This document shows positions 51,888 through 60,721 of a stretch of DNA of 64,000 nucleotides, in pieces. This stretch comes from a bacterium (lineage in GTDB: Bacteria > Omnitrophota > Gorgyraeia > Zapsychrales > Zapsychraceae). Below the pieces are notes generated by a model. It made no database searches. It was not told where the DNA came from and saw nothing but the letters and a program-made list of their open reading frames with translations. Within the stretch, counting starts at the first letter, position 1. Each line of letters begins with the position of its first letter. The translations under genes were made by a program, and so were the position numbers. The DNA lies in assembly GCA_030429765.1 (NCBI GenBank), contig JAUIER010000021.1, positions 1,619 to 65,618 on the forward strand, read 5' to 3'.

Positions 51888-52931
51888 ATGCTTTTCTCTA
51901 ACCAATTCATCAATCTATTCTCGGAACTCACCCAAAGTCATCTAAAGAACCAAATCGCATTCCTTAAGGTCGAGAATCAAATCCTCCGCAACAAGTGTCC
52001 GTACAAACGCATGGTTTTAACCGACAAGGAACGGAACCGGTTGATCAAATTCGGCCACCCTCTCGGTGGAGATATCAAACAGATTATTTCCATCGTTAAT
52101 TCCAGAACCTTTTACGCCTGGATTCAAAAACAACGCAACCCTAGTTATGGGTCTCAAAGGCGGGGCCGGCCACGTAAACTCACCATAACCATTAAAGAAC
52201 TGATTGTTGAAATGGCAAAGCGCAATAAATGGGGTTACACGAAGATTATCGGTGAACTGAAAAAACTGGGTATTATCAAAACCTCAAAAACGTCGGTTAA
52301 AAACGTGTTGATGGAGTATGGAATTGATCCGTTAAGCATCCGATCTGAAGGATCATGGGACCAGTTCTTAAAGCGAACCTTTCAAACATTATGGGCGTGC
52401 GACTTCTTTGCCAAAACCGTCTGGACTCCCCTGGGCCCCAAAATCTTTTACTGCCTCTTTTTTATTAATGTACGGAGTCGTAAGGTCCATATTGCCGGTA
52501 TAACGACCAACCCTAACAAACAATGGACCTTGACCCAGATAGAGAAACTTAAGTCAACATTTCAGGATGAGCTCGTTGAAAAAGCGGTCCTGATCCGGGA
52601 CCGAGACACTAAGTATTCCCATGAATTTGATAAATTCTTCAAAGATCAGGGCATCAAAGTTTTACCCACCCCCTACCGTTCACCGAATATGAATCCCTAT
52701 GCCGAAAGCTGGGTAGCTACGATCAAACGGGAATGCTTAAATCATTTTATTGTCCTGGGACGAGTGCATCTTGAATATTTGATCAGGGAATTCGTCAGTT
52801 ACTATAATCATCACCGGCCTCATTCGTCGATGAACAATGAACCGTTGACACAATACAAGAAGACCAAGTATGGAAAAATCCTCGCGAAGCCGGTGCTCGG
52901 AGGATTGATTCATGATTATTATATTGAATAA
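51888..52931 (+). CDS. DDE transposase (integrase core domain)
   Basis: GRP, WGY.KI.GEL..LG, ACDFF, IRDRDTKY, N.YAE..V.TIKRECL, YN..RPH. Confidence 0.92.
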   Translation: MLFSNQFINLFSELTQSHLKNQIAFLKVENQILRNKCPYKRMVLTDKERNRLIKFGHPLGGDIKQIISIVNSRTFYAWIQKQRNPSYGSQRRGRPRKLTITIKELIVEMAKRNKWGYTKIIGELKKLGIIKTSKTSVKNVLMEYGIDPLSIRSEGSWDQFLKRTFQTLWACDFFAKTVWTPLGPKIFYCLFFINVRSRKVHIAGITTNPNKQWTLTQIEKLKSTFQDELVEKAVLIRDRDTKYSHEFDKFFKDQGIKVLPTPYRSPNMNPYAESWVATIKRECLNHFIVLGRVHLEYLIREFVSYYNHHRPHSSMNNEPLTQYKKTKYGKILAKPVLGGLIHDYYIE

Positions 52932-53166
52932 GTAATTATGAATTTCATTAGGAATTTATTTTACTACGGAAGGAGTGTATGCAAGACCCTCAATTTCAAT
53001 ATGAATATTCTTTTTCAATCGCAGAATGACCCTTTGTTTGTGATTCATCCCACCCTAAAATCCACATCAAAGCGGGTGAGCTAATTATTGTACTCACCTC
53101 ATTCGAAAATTTTTAAAATTTTTTGGGTTACTACTGATATTTTGACACGGAATTTCTGCACCTACA
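51888..53166 (+). mobile_element. insertion sequence remnant; probable right end at 53166, left end not found
   Basis: Rhs homology stops where minus-strand TGTAGGTGCAGAAATT begins (TGT-type IS terminus). No matching inverted repeat seen upstream of the transposase. Confidence 0.5.
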
Positions 53167-53249
53167 GTGGCGCCAACATCAACTTGCGTTAATAAGCCAC
53201 CTACTCCTCCAGCCCCTTGGATTGATTGTGACAGGTCCAAGCCCCACAC
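53167..53249 (-). pseudogene. truncated second Rhs-core fragment
   Basis: Translates VWGLDLSQSIQGAGGVGGLLTQVDVGA versus VWGLDLSQSMQGAGGIGGLLTQVDIGA at 54744, with many synonymous differences. Confidence 0.85.
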
Positions 53250-53375
53250 GAATAGGGGTATGCAAAATTTCGCCTATAAGCGTTTTTGGACTCACTTATC
53301 TTTCAAAGAACGAACCCGTTCTGGTGGGAACGGGGCAAACAACACGATCATTTTCTACTGACACGTATTACATTG

Positions 53376-53783
53376 TCATTCGCTTATTGTCATATTCTCT
53401 ATACTCTTGGGGTGCTCCGCTAACCATTGCACGTACCGTACAGGCTCTTCTTCCCATTTCTTAATTCTTCGTTTATTCCACCGATTTTCCAACTTCACTG
53501 TAATTTCATCGAATCTGCTAAGTCGATGAGTAATCACCTCTTTGCTGAATACTTTGGTTTGATCTAACTTTCGCCAATTTTCAATACCAATATTAGAAGC
53601 CTGGGCTTCCTGCATGATAGATAAAGCAATATTAACTTTTTCATCTACTAATTGATTGTTTAGCGTTCGCTGAATAACGAAGTAACTAGCTAATGCTAGC
53701 ACAAGCAATGTGGTGACTGCTAGCCTTCGATTCGACAAGCTATTCAATAACCTCTTTAATTTCAGTTTCCTCTTCTTCTCCAC
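53376..53783 (-). CDS. hypothetical membrane-anchored protein, candidate Rhs immunity protein
   Basis: Overlaps the 3' end of the Rhs gene; one TM; start uncertain. Confidence 0.55.
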   Translation of the reverse strand: MEKKRKLKLKRLLNSLSNRRLAVTTLLVLALASYFVIQRTLNNQLVDEKVNIALSIMQEAQASNIGIENWRKLDQTKVFSKEVITHRLSRFDEITVKLENRWNKRRIKKWEEEPVRYVQWLAEHPKSIENMTISE

Positions 53784-54744
53784 AGCAACAATTCCATTCT
53801 ATAACTAACTTCCGGTGAATATTATTACTAGTTTTAGCATTTGCTCTAATTGTCGGCGACCCAGTTGTTGAGATTAATGGACCTGCACGTGTTTCTTCAT
53901 TAAATTGTACTGTATCATTAGGCCAAATTAAATCATCAAACCTTGCATAAAAGGCTAGGCCTTCAATTGTAATTCTACCCTTTGTTCCCAATCCAAAATC
54001 AGACGTCCTCCAATGATCTTCCATGCCTTTCAAAGATGAAGGTATTTTGCCGTGTGCATAGTACCAACGTTCCGTATAGTTAAACGTTTTGCCGTTATCA
54101 CGATTTCCCAAACTACCATAATTAGAAAGCAATTTATCTGTCGTAATATCGTTGTCGTTCTGATCTTTAATGTCTAAAGAATGCACTATTTTCTGAGCTA
54201 CTACACCATTATCCCTTTCATAATTCTCGGCTCCTTTTATAAGCCAGCGAATACCCCACCAAGCCAAACCACACTTGCCGGTCTTAATGCTGGACAGGTT
54301 CACATAGTTCAAAATGAACTTTGGCTTATACGTGGTTAATCCGTCTTTGTCAAAATTCTTTATAGGATCATTTAAAACGAAATTATAAAGACTTTGACCA
54401 TCCTTTACATCAATCGGATCCCTATTCAGCCATCTCCCCGTATCCGGATCATAAAACCTTAGCCCGTAATAGTACAGACCATAGTTATCATCCAGATACT
54501 TTGTACTGAACCGGTATGGATTCCCCGCAGCGACTGCGCCGCTGGCAAGGATAGAATTACCATAAGGATCGTATTCATAGTGTGCGTCTATCGACCCATC
54601 CGAATTGTCGATCAGCTGACCCACATTCCCATTGCCGTCATAGAGATAGGCGTAGGATTTCACCGCGCCTATATCTACTTGTGTCAGAAGGCCTCCGATG
54701 CCGCCTGCGCCTTGCATGGATTGAGAAAGATCCAGTCCCCACAC
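53740..54744 (-). CDS. orphan Rhs-associated core plus unknown C-terminal toxin domain
   Basis: YLYDGNGNV, YEYDPYG, NPYRFSTKY, YYYGLRFYDP..GRWL.RDPI, LYNFV.N.P...DKDGL, then ~200 aa variable tip; no YD-repeat shell. Confidence 0.9.
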   Translation of the reverse strand: MWGLDLSQSMQGAGGIGGLLTQVDIGAVKSYAYLYDGNGNVGQLIDNSDGSIDAHYEYDPYGNSILASGAVAAGNPYRFSTKYLDDNYGLYYYGLRFYDPDTGRWLNRDPIDVKDGQSLYNFVLNDPIKNFDKDGLTTYKPKFILNYVNLSSIKTGKCGLAWWGIRWLIKGAENYERDNGVVAQKIVHSLDIKDQNDNDITTDKLLSNYGSLGNRDNGKTFNYTERWYYAHGKIPSSLKGMEDHWRTSDFGLGTKGRITIEGLAFYARFDDLIWPNDTVQFNEETRAGPLISTTGSPTIRANAKTSNNIHRKLVIEWNCCCGEEEETEIKEVIE

Positions 54745-54893
54745 AGACTGGACTTCGTATTCTCGCCGGGTGTGCGTTTTTTTTGATGCCCTATATCACT
54801 ATCAAAGAACTGTATTATTTTAACAACTTATTAGATATATGTAAACAAACAGAATCGTGTTGGAACATAGCCAGCTATTCTTAAAATTATATT

Positions 54894-55616
54894 TCAACTA
54901 TTTAATTGAATATGCTGTTTTAATAATTTTGCCGCCATCCACGCTTCATGATGACAATGCCGAAACTTGTCCTTTGACCCACAAAAACAAAGCGTTTGTC
55001 TGGTTATTTCCTCCGAGGAATGAATAATATCTTGGTTTCGCTTCATTAGTGAGTTTATCGTTTCCAATACTAAAGTTTTCTTATTGCTTATCTGATTAAT
55101 AGTTTCTGCAAAACATTCCAATATGCCGGGATCACCGTGACTGTAATCTTTCCAGGCCCAATGACCATTTTTCTCAAAATAACTTTGAGCGTAAAAGAAG
55201 GGTATCACCAATATAGTAAGCAATTCCACTACTGTATAGTTAGCTGTCAGTTTAATCTTTTCTACGGCTTTGGGGCATAAACAAAGATCGCCTCTCGGAT
55301 TTACATGTAAATCGCCCATCGGTATTTTGCTTCTAACCGAAAATCTTTCTAAACGTTTCCCCGTTTCATATACTTTTGGAACAAAAAGGTCTTTTTTATA
55401 TTCAATTTTAATGTGGTACTTATCCTTAACATAATATGGGGACACCTGCTTCACTTGATCTGGAAAGATTGTATATTTTTCGGCGGCGGCTGGGTCATAC
55501 AGCATATCAAATTCCAGCTCACCATATATAAGTGGCAATCCGTTAATTTCATCGACCGTTAATCCAGAAAATCGTTTATGTAACCATTTTATTTCCTCAC
55601 CTGATATTGTTTTCAT
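54894..55616 (-). CDS. CBASS-associated stand-alone E2-like protein with C-terminal SEC-C motif
   Basis: PKVYE...HVNPRGDLCL (putative catalytic Cys), PFFYAQ.Y...G.W..YSHG..G, CFCGS.DKFRHCH; 3 bp after the CD-NTase stop. Confidence 0.78.
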   Translation of the reverse strand: MKTISGEEIKWLHKRFSGLTVDEINGLPLIYGELEFDMLYDPAAAEKYTIFPDQVKQVSPYYVKDKYHIKIEYKKDLFVPKVYETGKRLERFSVRSKIPMGDLHVNPRGDLCLCPKAVEKIKLTANYTVVELLTILVIPFFYAQSYFEKNGHWAWKDYSHGDPGILECFAETINQISNKKTLVLETINSLMKRNQDIIHSSEEITRQTLCFCGSKDKFRHCHHEAWMAAKLLKQHIQLNS

Positions 55617-55619
55617 GGG

Positions 55620-56831
55620 TCATTGAACCAAATGCCTCCCCGATGGCTTGGAATTTACAACGATAGGGCCGGTATATAGTGAATCTTCTATCTTGTTACT
55701 GGATATTCCCTCTATCCTTTCAAGAGATTTTGCGTTGATTCTCGAAGAGAAGCCGCTCCTTATGTCCTCTAGCAGTTCCTCTAAATCAACCGAGGCTCCT
55801 AACTTTTGAAAATCGGATTTAGCTTTCTCCAACCAGTTCCAAAAGTGCTTTTCAAGTTCGGGCTTCTTCAACCATTTGTCTGCAAAATCTTCTCCACCAT
55901 CAATTCTTTTCGGATTCGCTGGATTCGGCACCTTAGGAAATTCTTTGTTCACATAATTTCCCATATTAGACAGGATACTATTCATAGCATCATACAAATT
56001 CGATTCACCATTATATGCTTTCGCCGCCAACGTTGTGATAAGTATTGATGCGGGTTTAAGTTCATGGTTATCCTTAAACGTTTGATCACGATGCCGCTTT
56101 AATATTTGAACACAACGCTGAAGGGGTGTTTTCCACATAAATGTTGGCAATTCCTCGATATTTGCCGCTTCGTAAAGTTTGATACGTTCAGCAAGAAATT
56201 GCTCTGCTAATCTAGCCCTAGATTCAAACCATCTAGCATATCCTTCCGGATTACTGATTAGCCAGCGGTCACAAATCTGGTCATATTCCGGATGTCGATC
56301 ATCTGTAATGTTCACCGTTAAACCAGAAATGGCTTGAGATAAGCTTTCGCCTACCCCTGATCTAATCAAGTAATTTAGAATTTCTGCTCGTTTAGAAGAG
56401 TCCGCAGGGATACATGGTACTATATCCATATAAAAACTTAAATCGTCAGCATATTTTAATCGCCAGCAACGATGCTTTTCTTCAATTGGTGATTTTATCG
56501 AGTTGTAATCACGGTACGCCTCAATTTCTTTTCCAATAAGCCGTTTTAGATAGCATTGGGTATGCGTATGTGGAAAAATACCCTCTGTGAGTTCGCATGC
56601 TAAATCCAAGTCGTAAGGCGCATTTTCATCAACGGGATATGTAGCTGTTCCTAATCGAAACGACCCTTGAGGAAAAATATGTGGTTTGTTGATTTTACAA
56701 TTGGCCCCATCTCGTCTAAGCCATCTTGCCATATCTTCATATCTAGACCTTGCTCTTTCGTAAGCTGAGTCCGGCAACTCTAAAGACTCGGCTATTGACT
56801 CTAATATTTTGCTAATTAGTTGTTGTTTCAC
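55620..56831 (-). CDS. CBASS cGAS/DncV-like nucleotidyltransferase (CD-NTase)
   Basis: PQGSFRLGT...YDLDL, RCWRL.Y, MDIVP, SNPEGY..WF, LKRHRD, P.SILITTL, NP.N...EDFADKW. Confidence 0.93.
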   Translation of the reverse strand: MKQQLISKILESIAESLELPDSAYERARSRYEDMARWLRRDGANCKINKPHIFPQGSFRLGTATYPVDENAPYDLDLACELTEGIFPHTHTQCYLKRLIGKEIEAYRDYNSIKSPIEEKHRCWRLKYADDLSFYMDIVPCIPADSSKRAEILNYLIRSGVGESLSQAISGLTVNITDDRHPEYDQICDRWLISNPEGYARWFESRARLAEQFLAERIKLYEAANIEELPTFMWKTPLQRCVQILKRHRDQTFKDNHELKPASILITTLAAKAYNGESNLYDAMNSILSNMGNYVNKEFPKVPNPANPKRIDGGEDFADKWLKKPELEKHFWNWLEKAKSDFQKLGASVDLEELLEDIRSGFSSRINAKSLERIEGISSNKIEDSLYTGPIVVNSKPSGRHLVQ

Positions 56832-56840
56832 TTTATCCTC

Positions 56841-57776
56841 CTAAAGCTTGTGTTCAGGTTCAAATGGATCGGCTTTATGATCCATAAATTTATTTTTGAA
56901 CAATGGTACGACGCTTCGACTAAAACTGGCCGCCTTGCTTAACAAATCTTTCTCCGACAATTTATCAAGTTCAAATAATTGGTCTGGAACTTTTGGATCA
57001 ACTCTTAACACATTATCTTCTCCCAATAGGAGTGATATTTGAGCGTTAACTCCCATACTTTGACCTCGCAGGGCTACTTGTATTGCTTGTTTTTTCCATT
57101 GCCACAGCCCGCCTCTGTTTAAATTCTCCGGCCTATGCACTACTTGGTCAGTGGTGCCGAGGCTCAAGATTCGTATTTGCTCCAAAGATATACCCAGAAA
57201 TGATATAGCTTCAACAACTCCAATCATTGAAGGATTATTTGCCCAAACGCCACCGTCGATATGTCGTATATGATCAATTTCAGTACATGCTGGAAAATAG
57301 GTTGGTGCGGCACTTGTTGCTAAGGCCACCTTCCACGCCGGGACTTTAAAATCCCTCCCCAATCTATCATGGTGAGCGGTTTTAAATAAGTACACGCCGT
57401 CATCTCCGATGTTATATGATGGAATTACTAACCTGTTACTACTCTCACCAAATAACCTGTCTCCAAAACAATTCGGATCTCTTAATGCCTCTTTTAACGG
57501 TTCTTGAGCATATTTGTTCCGAAATAAATTTGTTCGCTTGTTACCGAAGATTGATTTACCTTTATTTACATAAAAATTTACGATTTCTCGAGGATGAAGT
57601 CCCAACCCAAGACCAATTGCAATAATACCCCCGGTAGACGTTCCTAATATCAAATCAAAATGTTCACGAATTGAAATTTTTAGATCGTTTTCCCAGTGGG
57701 CTAACACAGCCGCTGAGAATAAACCTTTGATACCTCCTCCATCTAATGATAATATTTGAAATTTTTTGTCAGCCAT
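56841..57776 (-). CDS. capV: CBASS patatin-like phospholipase effector
   Basis: DGGGIKG, GTSTG, SAAPTYF, DGGVWANNP; directly upstream of the CD-NTase. Confidence 0.9.
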   Translation of the reverse strand: MADKKFQILSLDGGGIKGLFSAAVLAHWENDLKISIREHFDLILGTSTGGIIAIGLGLGLHPREIVNFYVNKGKSIFGNKRTNLFRNKYAQEPLKEALRDPNCFGDRLFGESSNRLVIPSYNIGDDGVYLFKTAHHDRLGRDFKVPAWKVALATSAAPTYFPACTEIDHIRHIDGGVWANNPSMIGVVEAISFLGISLEQIRILSLGTTDQVVHRPENLNRGGLWQWKKQAIQVALRGQSMGVNAQISLLLGEDNVLRVDPKVPDQLFELDKLSEKDLLSKAASFSRSVVPLFKNKFMDHKADPFEPEHKL

Positions 57777-57806
57777 TTCTCAAATACTCCAAACTGCTGT
57801 AGGTTT

Positions 57807-58100
57807 TTAAATCACTTCTCGTTGAAATGTCGTGTTTTTACTTTGTTTAGCAACTTTCTTAAATGCTGATTGCTGTTTTAAATCTCTACTGCTATTGACT
57901 GAGTCTTTCGTTTCAACTTCAATAATTTTCCGTTGTGTACCTTTTTTGGCAATAACGTCTGGCCGATATCCACCAAAAGTCTTAGGCTTAGAAAATCCGG
58001 GCACGTCGGCGCTGACATCATATCCTAGTTGTTGAAACTTGTCGGCAAGCTGCTTAACTTTACGGTTGTGCTTTCCTTGATTTGAACTATTTCGGGGCAT
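57807..58100 (-). CDS. small PD-(D/E)xK-like putative nuclease
   Basis: GGAGG RBS; GYDV, RPDVIAKK...IIEVET; first gene of the CBASS run. Confidence 0.6.
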   Translation of the reverse strand: MPRNSSNQGKHNRKVKQLADKFQQLGYDVSADVPGFSKPKTFGGYRPDVIAKKGTQRKIIEVETKDSVNSSRDLKQQSAFKKVAKQSKNTTFQREVI

Positions 58101-58274
58101 ATCCTACCTCCTAATTAAGGATTTAAAAAAATGAATTCTGTTCTTGATCGGATTTGCGACTGTGCTAAACTGGGAGATAATAAATCAGAAAGGTAGGAAT
58201 CGGAGAGCAAAATGTAAGATCGTTCAACGGTTTCAGCCAATAGTCGAAGCAAGTCCATCGGTGTCGTAACACAA

Positions 58275-58343
58275 ATACCAAATACAGTATTTCACACTAC
58301 AACATCATACTATATATAGTATTACCGAGTATTCGTATGTCAA
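58275..58343 (-). promoter_or_regulatory. sigma70-type promoter for the CBASS operon with two ATAC-N8-GTAT boxes
   Basis: Minus strand TTGACA-N16-TACTAT; boxes at 58275-58290 and 58307-58322 (perfect palindrome ATACTATATATAGTAT). Confidence 0.55.
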
Positions 58344-58622
58344 GAAAAATTTGCCCTCCACAGATGGAATATTTTGTTCTCTCTCCTAATCGTAATCTCT
58401 AAATCAATTAATTACAGTTATTTACGATAATTTTAAAGTTCTGCCATTTTTTATGTTTTTTTTAGAATAAATGGAGTTTTTAGGCGAGTTTCTACTTAAT
58501 GGATGTTTCGGCTATAGCATAACAACGCCTATTCCTCGGCGTGGAACCCAATAGGCTTCTTTTTCGGCTTCCTGAACCCGAAAATACAGGCCAGAATTCC
58601 CAAAATCGTCCGCAGAATTAGG

Positions 58623-58639
58623 ATAATCAGCCGGATGAT
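58623..58639. repeat. imperfect palindrome, 14/17 identical to 60600-60616
   Basis: ATAATCAGCCGGATGAT. Confidence 0.55.
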
Positions 58640-58713
58640 AAACTTCACAAGCCAATATCCGCATAAATAGGCGAGCGTGTAACGGGTAGGATTATGTCTC
58701 ATATGCATCCATT

Positions 58714-59646
58714 TTACCTTGCACTGTCTTTCTCCCGTGGGTGGGTCTTTTGGTGGGTTTTGCGTAGATCGGTGATATTTAAACGCACATAATGCTTGAG
58801 CGTGTCCAGCGATTCATGGCCCAATAGTTCTTTGACGTGGTAAATGTTGGCCCCGGCCCGGATCATTTCAGTGGTGCAACTGCGCCGGAACGTATGGCTT
58901 GATACCCGCACATCAAAATCCAAATTATCCGTATATTTCTTAAGCCAGTTTTTAATGATGTGATACGCACAACGGTTGCCCCGCTCCGTTACAAAAAGGG
59001 CTTGCTCACGGGGATTGCTTATCAAAAACGGCCTGATCCCGACTATGTAACTTTCCACATACCGTAAAGCCGTCTTGCCAATCGGCACGATACGGTCTTT
59101 ATTGCCCTTGCCATGCACCAAAGCCGTACCGTGATCAAGATTAACTTCTACCACATCAAGCCCCAACACTTCACTCACCCGTAAACCACAGGAATACATC
59201 AACTCCAAAAGTGTGCGGTTGCGGTAACCGATTAATGTTGTCGTATCAATGCTGTTAAACAACTGTTTTACCTGCGTGTGAGTTAGGACGTTTTGCGGTA
59301 GCAAGCGTGGCATCTTAACCCGCTTTAATGCTTTGGGAATATCCTTAAGCACATAACCCCGTACTGCCAGATAAGTCAGCCATCCCCGTACACTGTTAAT
59401 CCGAATATTCATGGTGCTGGGCTTTAACGGTAATCCTTTTACCGTACGCCAGTTTAATAAATGGGCGTGCCATGCGTCGATATGCCGGATATGGATTTGT
59501 TCGGGCGTATCAACCTGTTGGTACAATGTCATCCACTGGATAAACCCGTCCACCGACTTGCAGATTTTCTTAACGGTCATCTCGCTGTAATACTGCGCCC
59601 GCAGGTGTTGTAAATATTCCAGTTTTAATTCATCCAATGTCTTCAT
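58714..59646 (-). CDS. tyrosine recombinase (XerC/D-like), second of a tandem pair
   Basis: ATG 59646 overlaps the upstream TGA; GLRVSE, GKGNKDR, HTFRRS, LLGH, HY all intact. Confidence 0.93.
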   Translation of the reverse strand: MKTLDELKLEYLQHLRAQYYSEMTVKKICKSVDGFIQWMTLYQQVDTPEQIHIRHIDAWHAHLLNWRTVKGLPLKPSTMNIRINSVRGWLTYLAVRGYVLKDIPKALKRVKMPRLLPQNVLTHTQVKQLFNSIDTTTLIGYRNRTLLELMYSCGLRVSEVLGLDVVEVNLDHGTALVHGKGNKDRIVPIGKTALRYVESYIVGIRPFLISNPREQALFVTERGNRCAYHIIKNWLKKYTDNLDFDVRVSSHTFRRSCTTEMIRAGANIYHVKELLGHESLDTLKHYVRLNITDLRKTHQKTHPREKDSAR

Positions 59647-60555
59647 TGCCCCGGCCTTGTCTTTTTGTGTGTTTTGATCATATCCGTGATCCGTATCTGT
59701 AAGTATTGCGAAAGTGATTTCAATGAGGCGTGGCCTAACAACATTTGCAGCTGTACCGGGTGCGCCCCGTTCATCAGCATATGCGTGGCACATGCCCGTC
59801 TTAGACTATGCGCCGAAATACTCTTAAGAATGCCTGCTTCTTGTACATACGCCCGGATCATTTGATCCACCCGTGTCCCGCTGATTGCCCGCCCGTCTTT
59901 GGTCAACCACAACTCCGCTAAATCTTCTTTGTTGGCTATTAGTTTCTGACGGGCGTCGTTGATGTATTCTTTTAGCCAGCGTCTTGCGTGTTTACCTAAC
60001 GGCACCATCCGTTCTTTACGCCCTTTACCGAACACACGAATCCGGCCCCTTTCAAAATTTACGTCCTGCGTTCGCATGGATAAAAGTTCTCCTCGGCGCA
60101 CGCCTGTCGTATACATTACCTCAAGGATCGCCCGGTCACGCACCCCGAATACCGTTGTCGTGTCCGGCATGCTTAACAGTTGTTCCATCTCTTTTTGAGT
60201 CGGCACTGGCTGTAAATGACGATTAGCCCGGGGAATCGTTAATTGATCCGCCGGATTAAAAAAGATAAACCGCCCTTCCTCCAGAAAATCGTCTGATACT
60301 CCACAAATATCCGCTAACGCTGTTGACCGTACAACCCCGTTCAAAAATATGTCCCCGGTAACTTTCCAGATCGCTCAACTGCACATCAGCCAGACGGTCA
60401 CAGCCCGTACCGTTTAGATAGACCAGTAAATCCACAACCGCTTGTTGACGGAGGGTGACGGTTCTAACGCTGTAATTCTGTTGCCGGATCGAAGCGATAA
60501 ATGCTTGTAATTCTTCGACCCCGAATCCTGTATAGGGTGGTTTGGCTTTTCGCAT
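59643..60555 (-). pseudogene. tyrosine recombinase (XerC/D-like), first of the pair, split by a frameshift near 60285
   Basis: N-terminal domain in ORF 60256-60555; catalytic domain (GVRRGE, GKGRKER, HSLRR, LLGH, QY) in ORF 59643-60344; frames switch at AGACGATTTTCTGGAG. Confidence 0.85.
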
Positions 60556-60599
60556 AATGTTGACCTGTCTCTATGATGCTACTTTTTATTTATGTATAT

Positions 60600-60616
60600 A
60601 TAATCCGTCGGATTAT
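60600..60616. repeat. palindrome upstream of the recombinase pair
   Basis: ATAATCC-GTC-GGATTAT, perfect 7-bp arms. Confidence 0.6.
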
Positions 60617-60721
60617 GGGATGTTACCATTAACTTATTTAATTGCTGTTGGTTATGTCAATTTTAACAGCGGAAAGGTACTTAAAAGGTGGGTGAAAGCT
60701 CCTGAAAGCTGTTGAATGCTA

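Noticed and set aside
58527-58564. Hairpin GCCTATT...AATAGGC plus T-run on the + strand, as a possible sRNA terminator
   Set aside because: Short stem with a long loop and no supporting + strand promoter; insufficient evidence.
58714-60555. Chromosomal xerC/xerD or a classical integron integrase
   Set aside because: Mobile-element context; no IntI-specific insertion evident and no canonical attC sites recognised.
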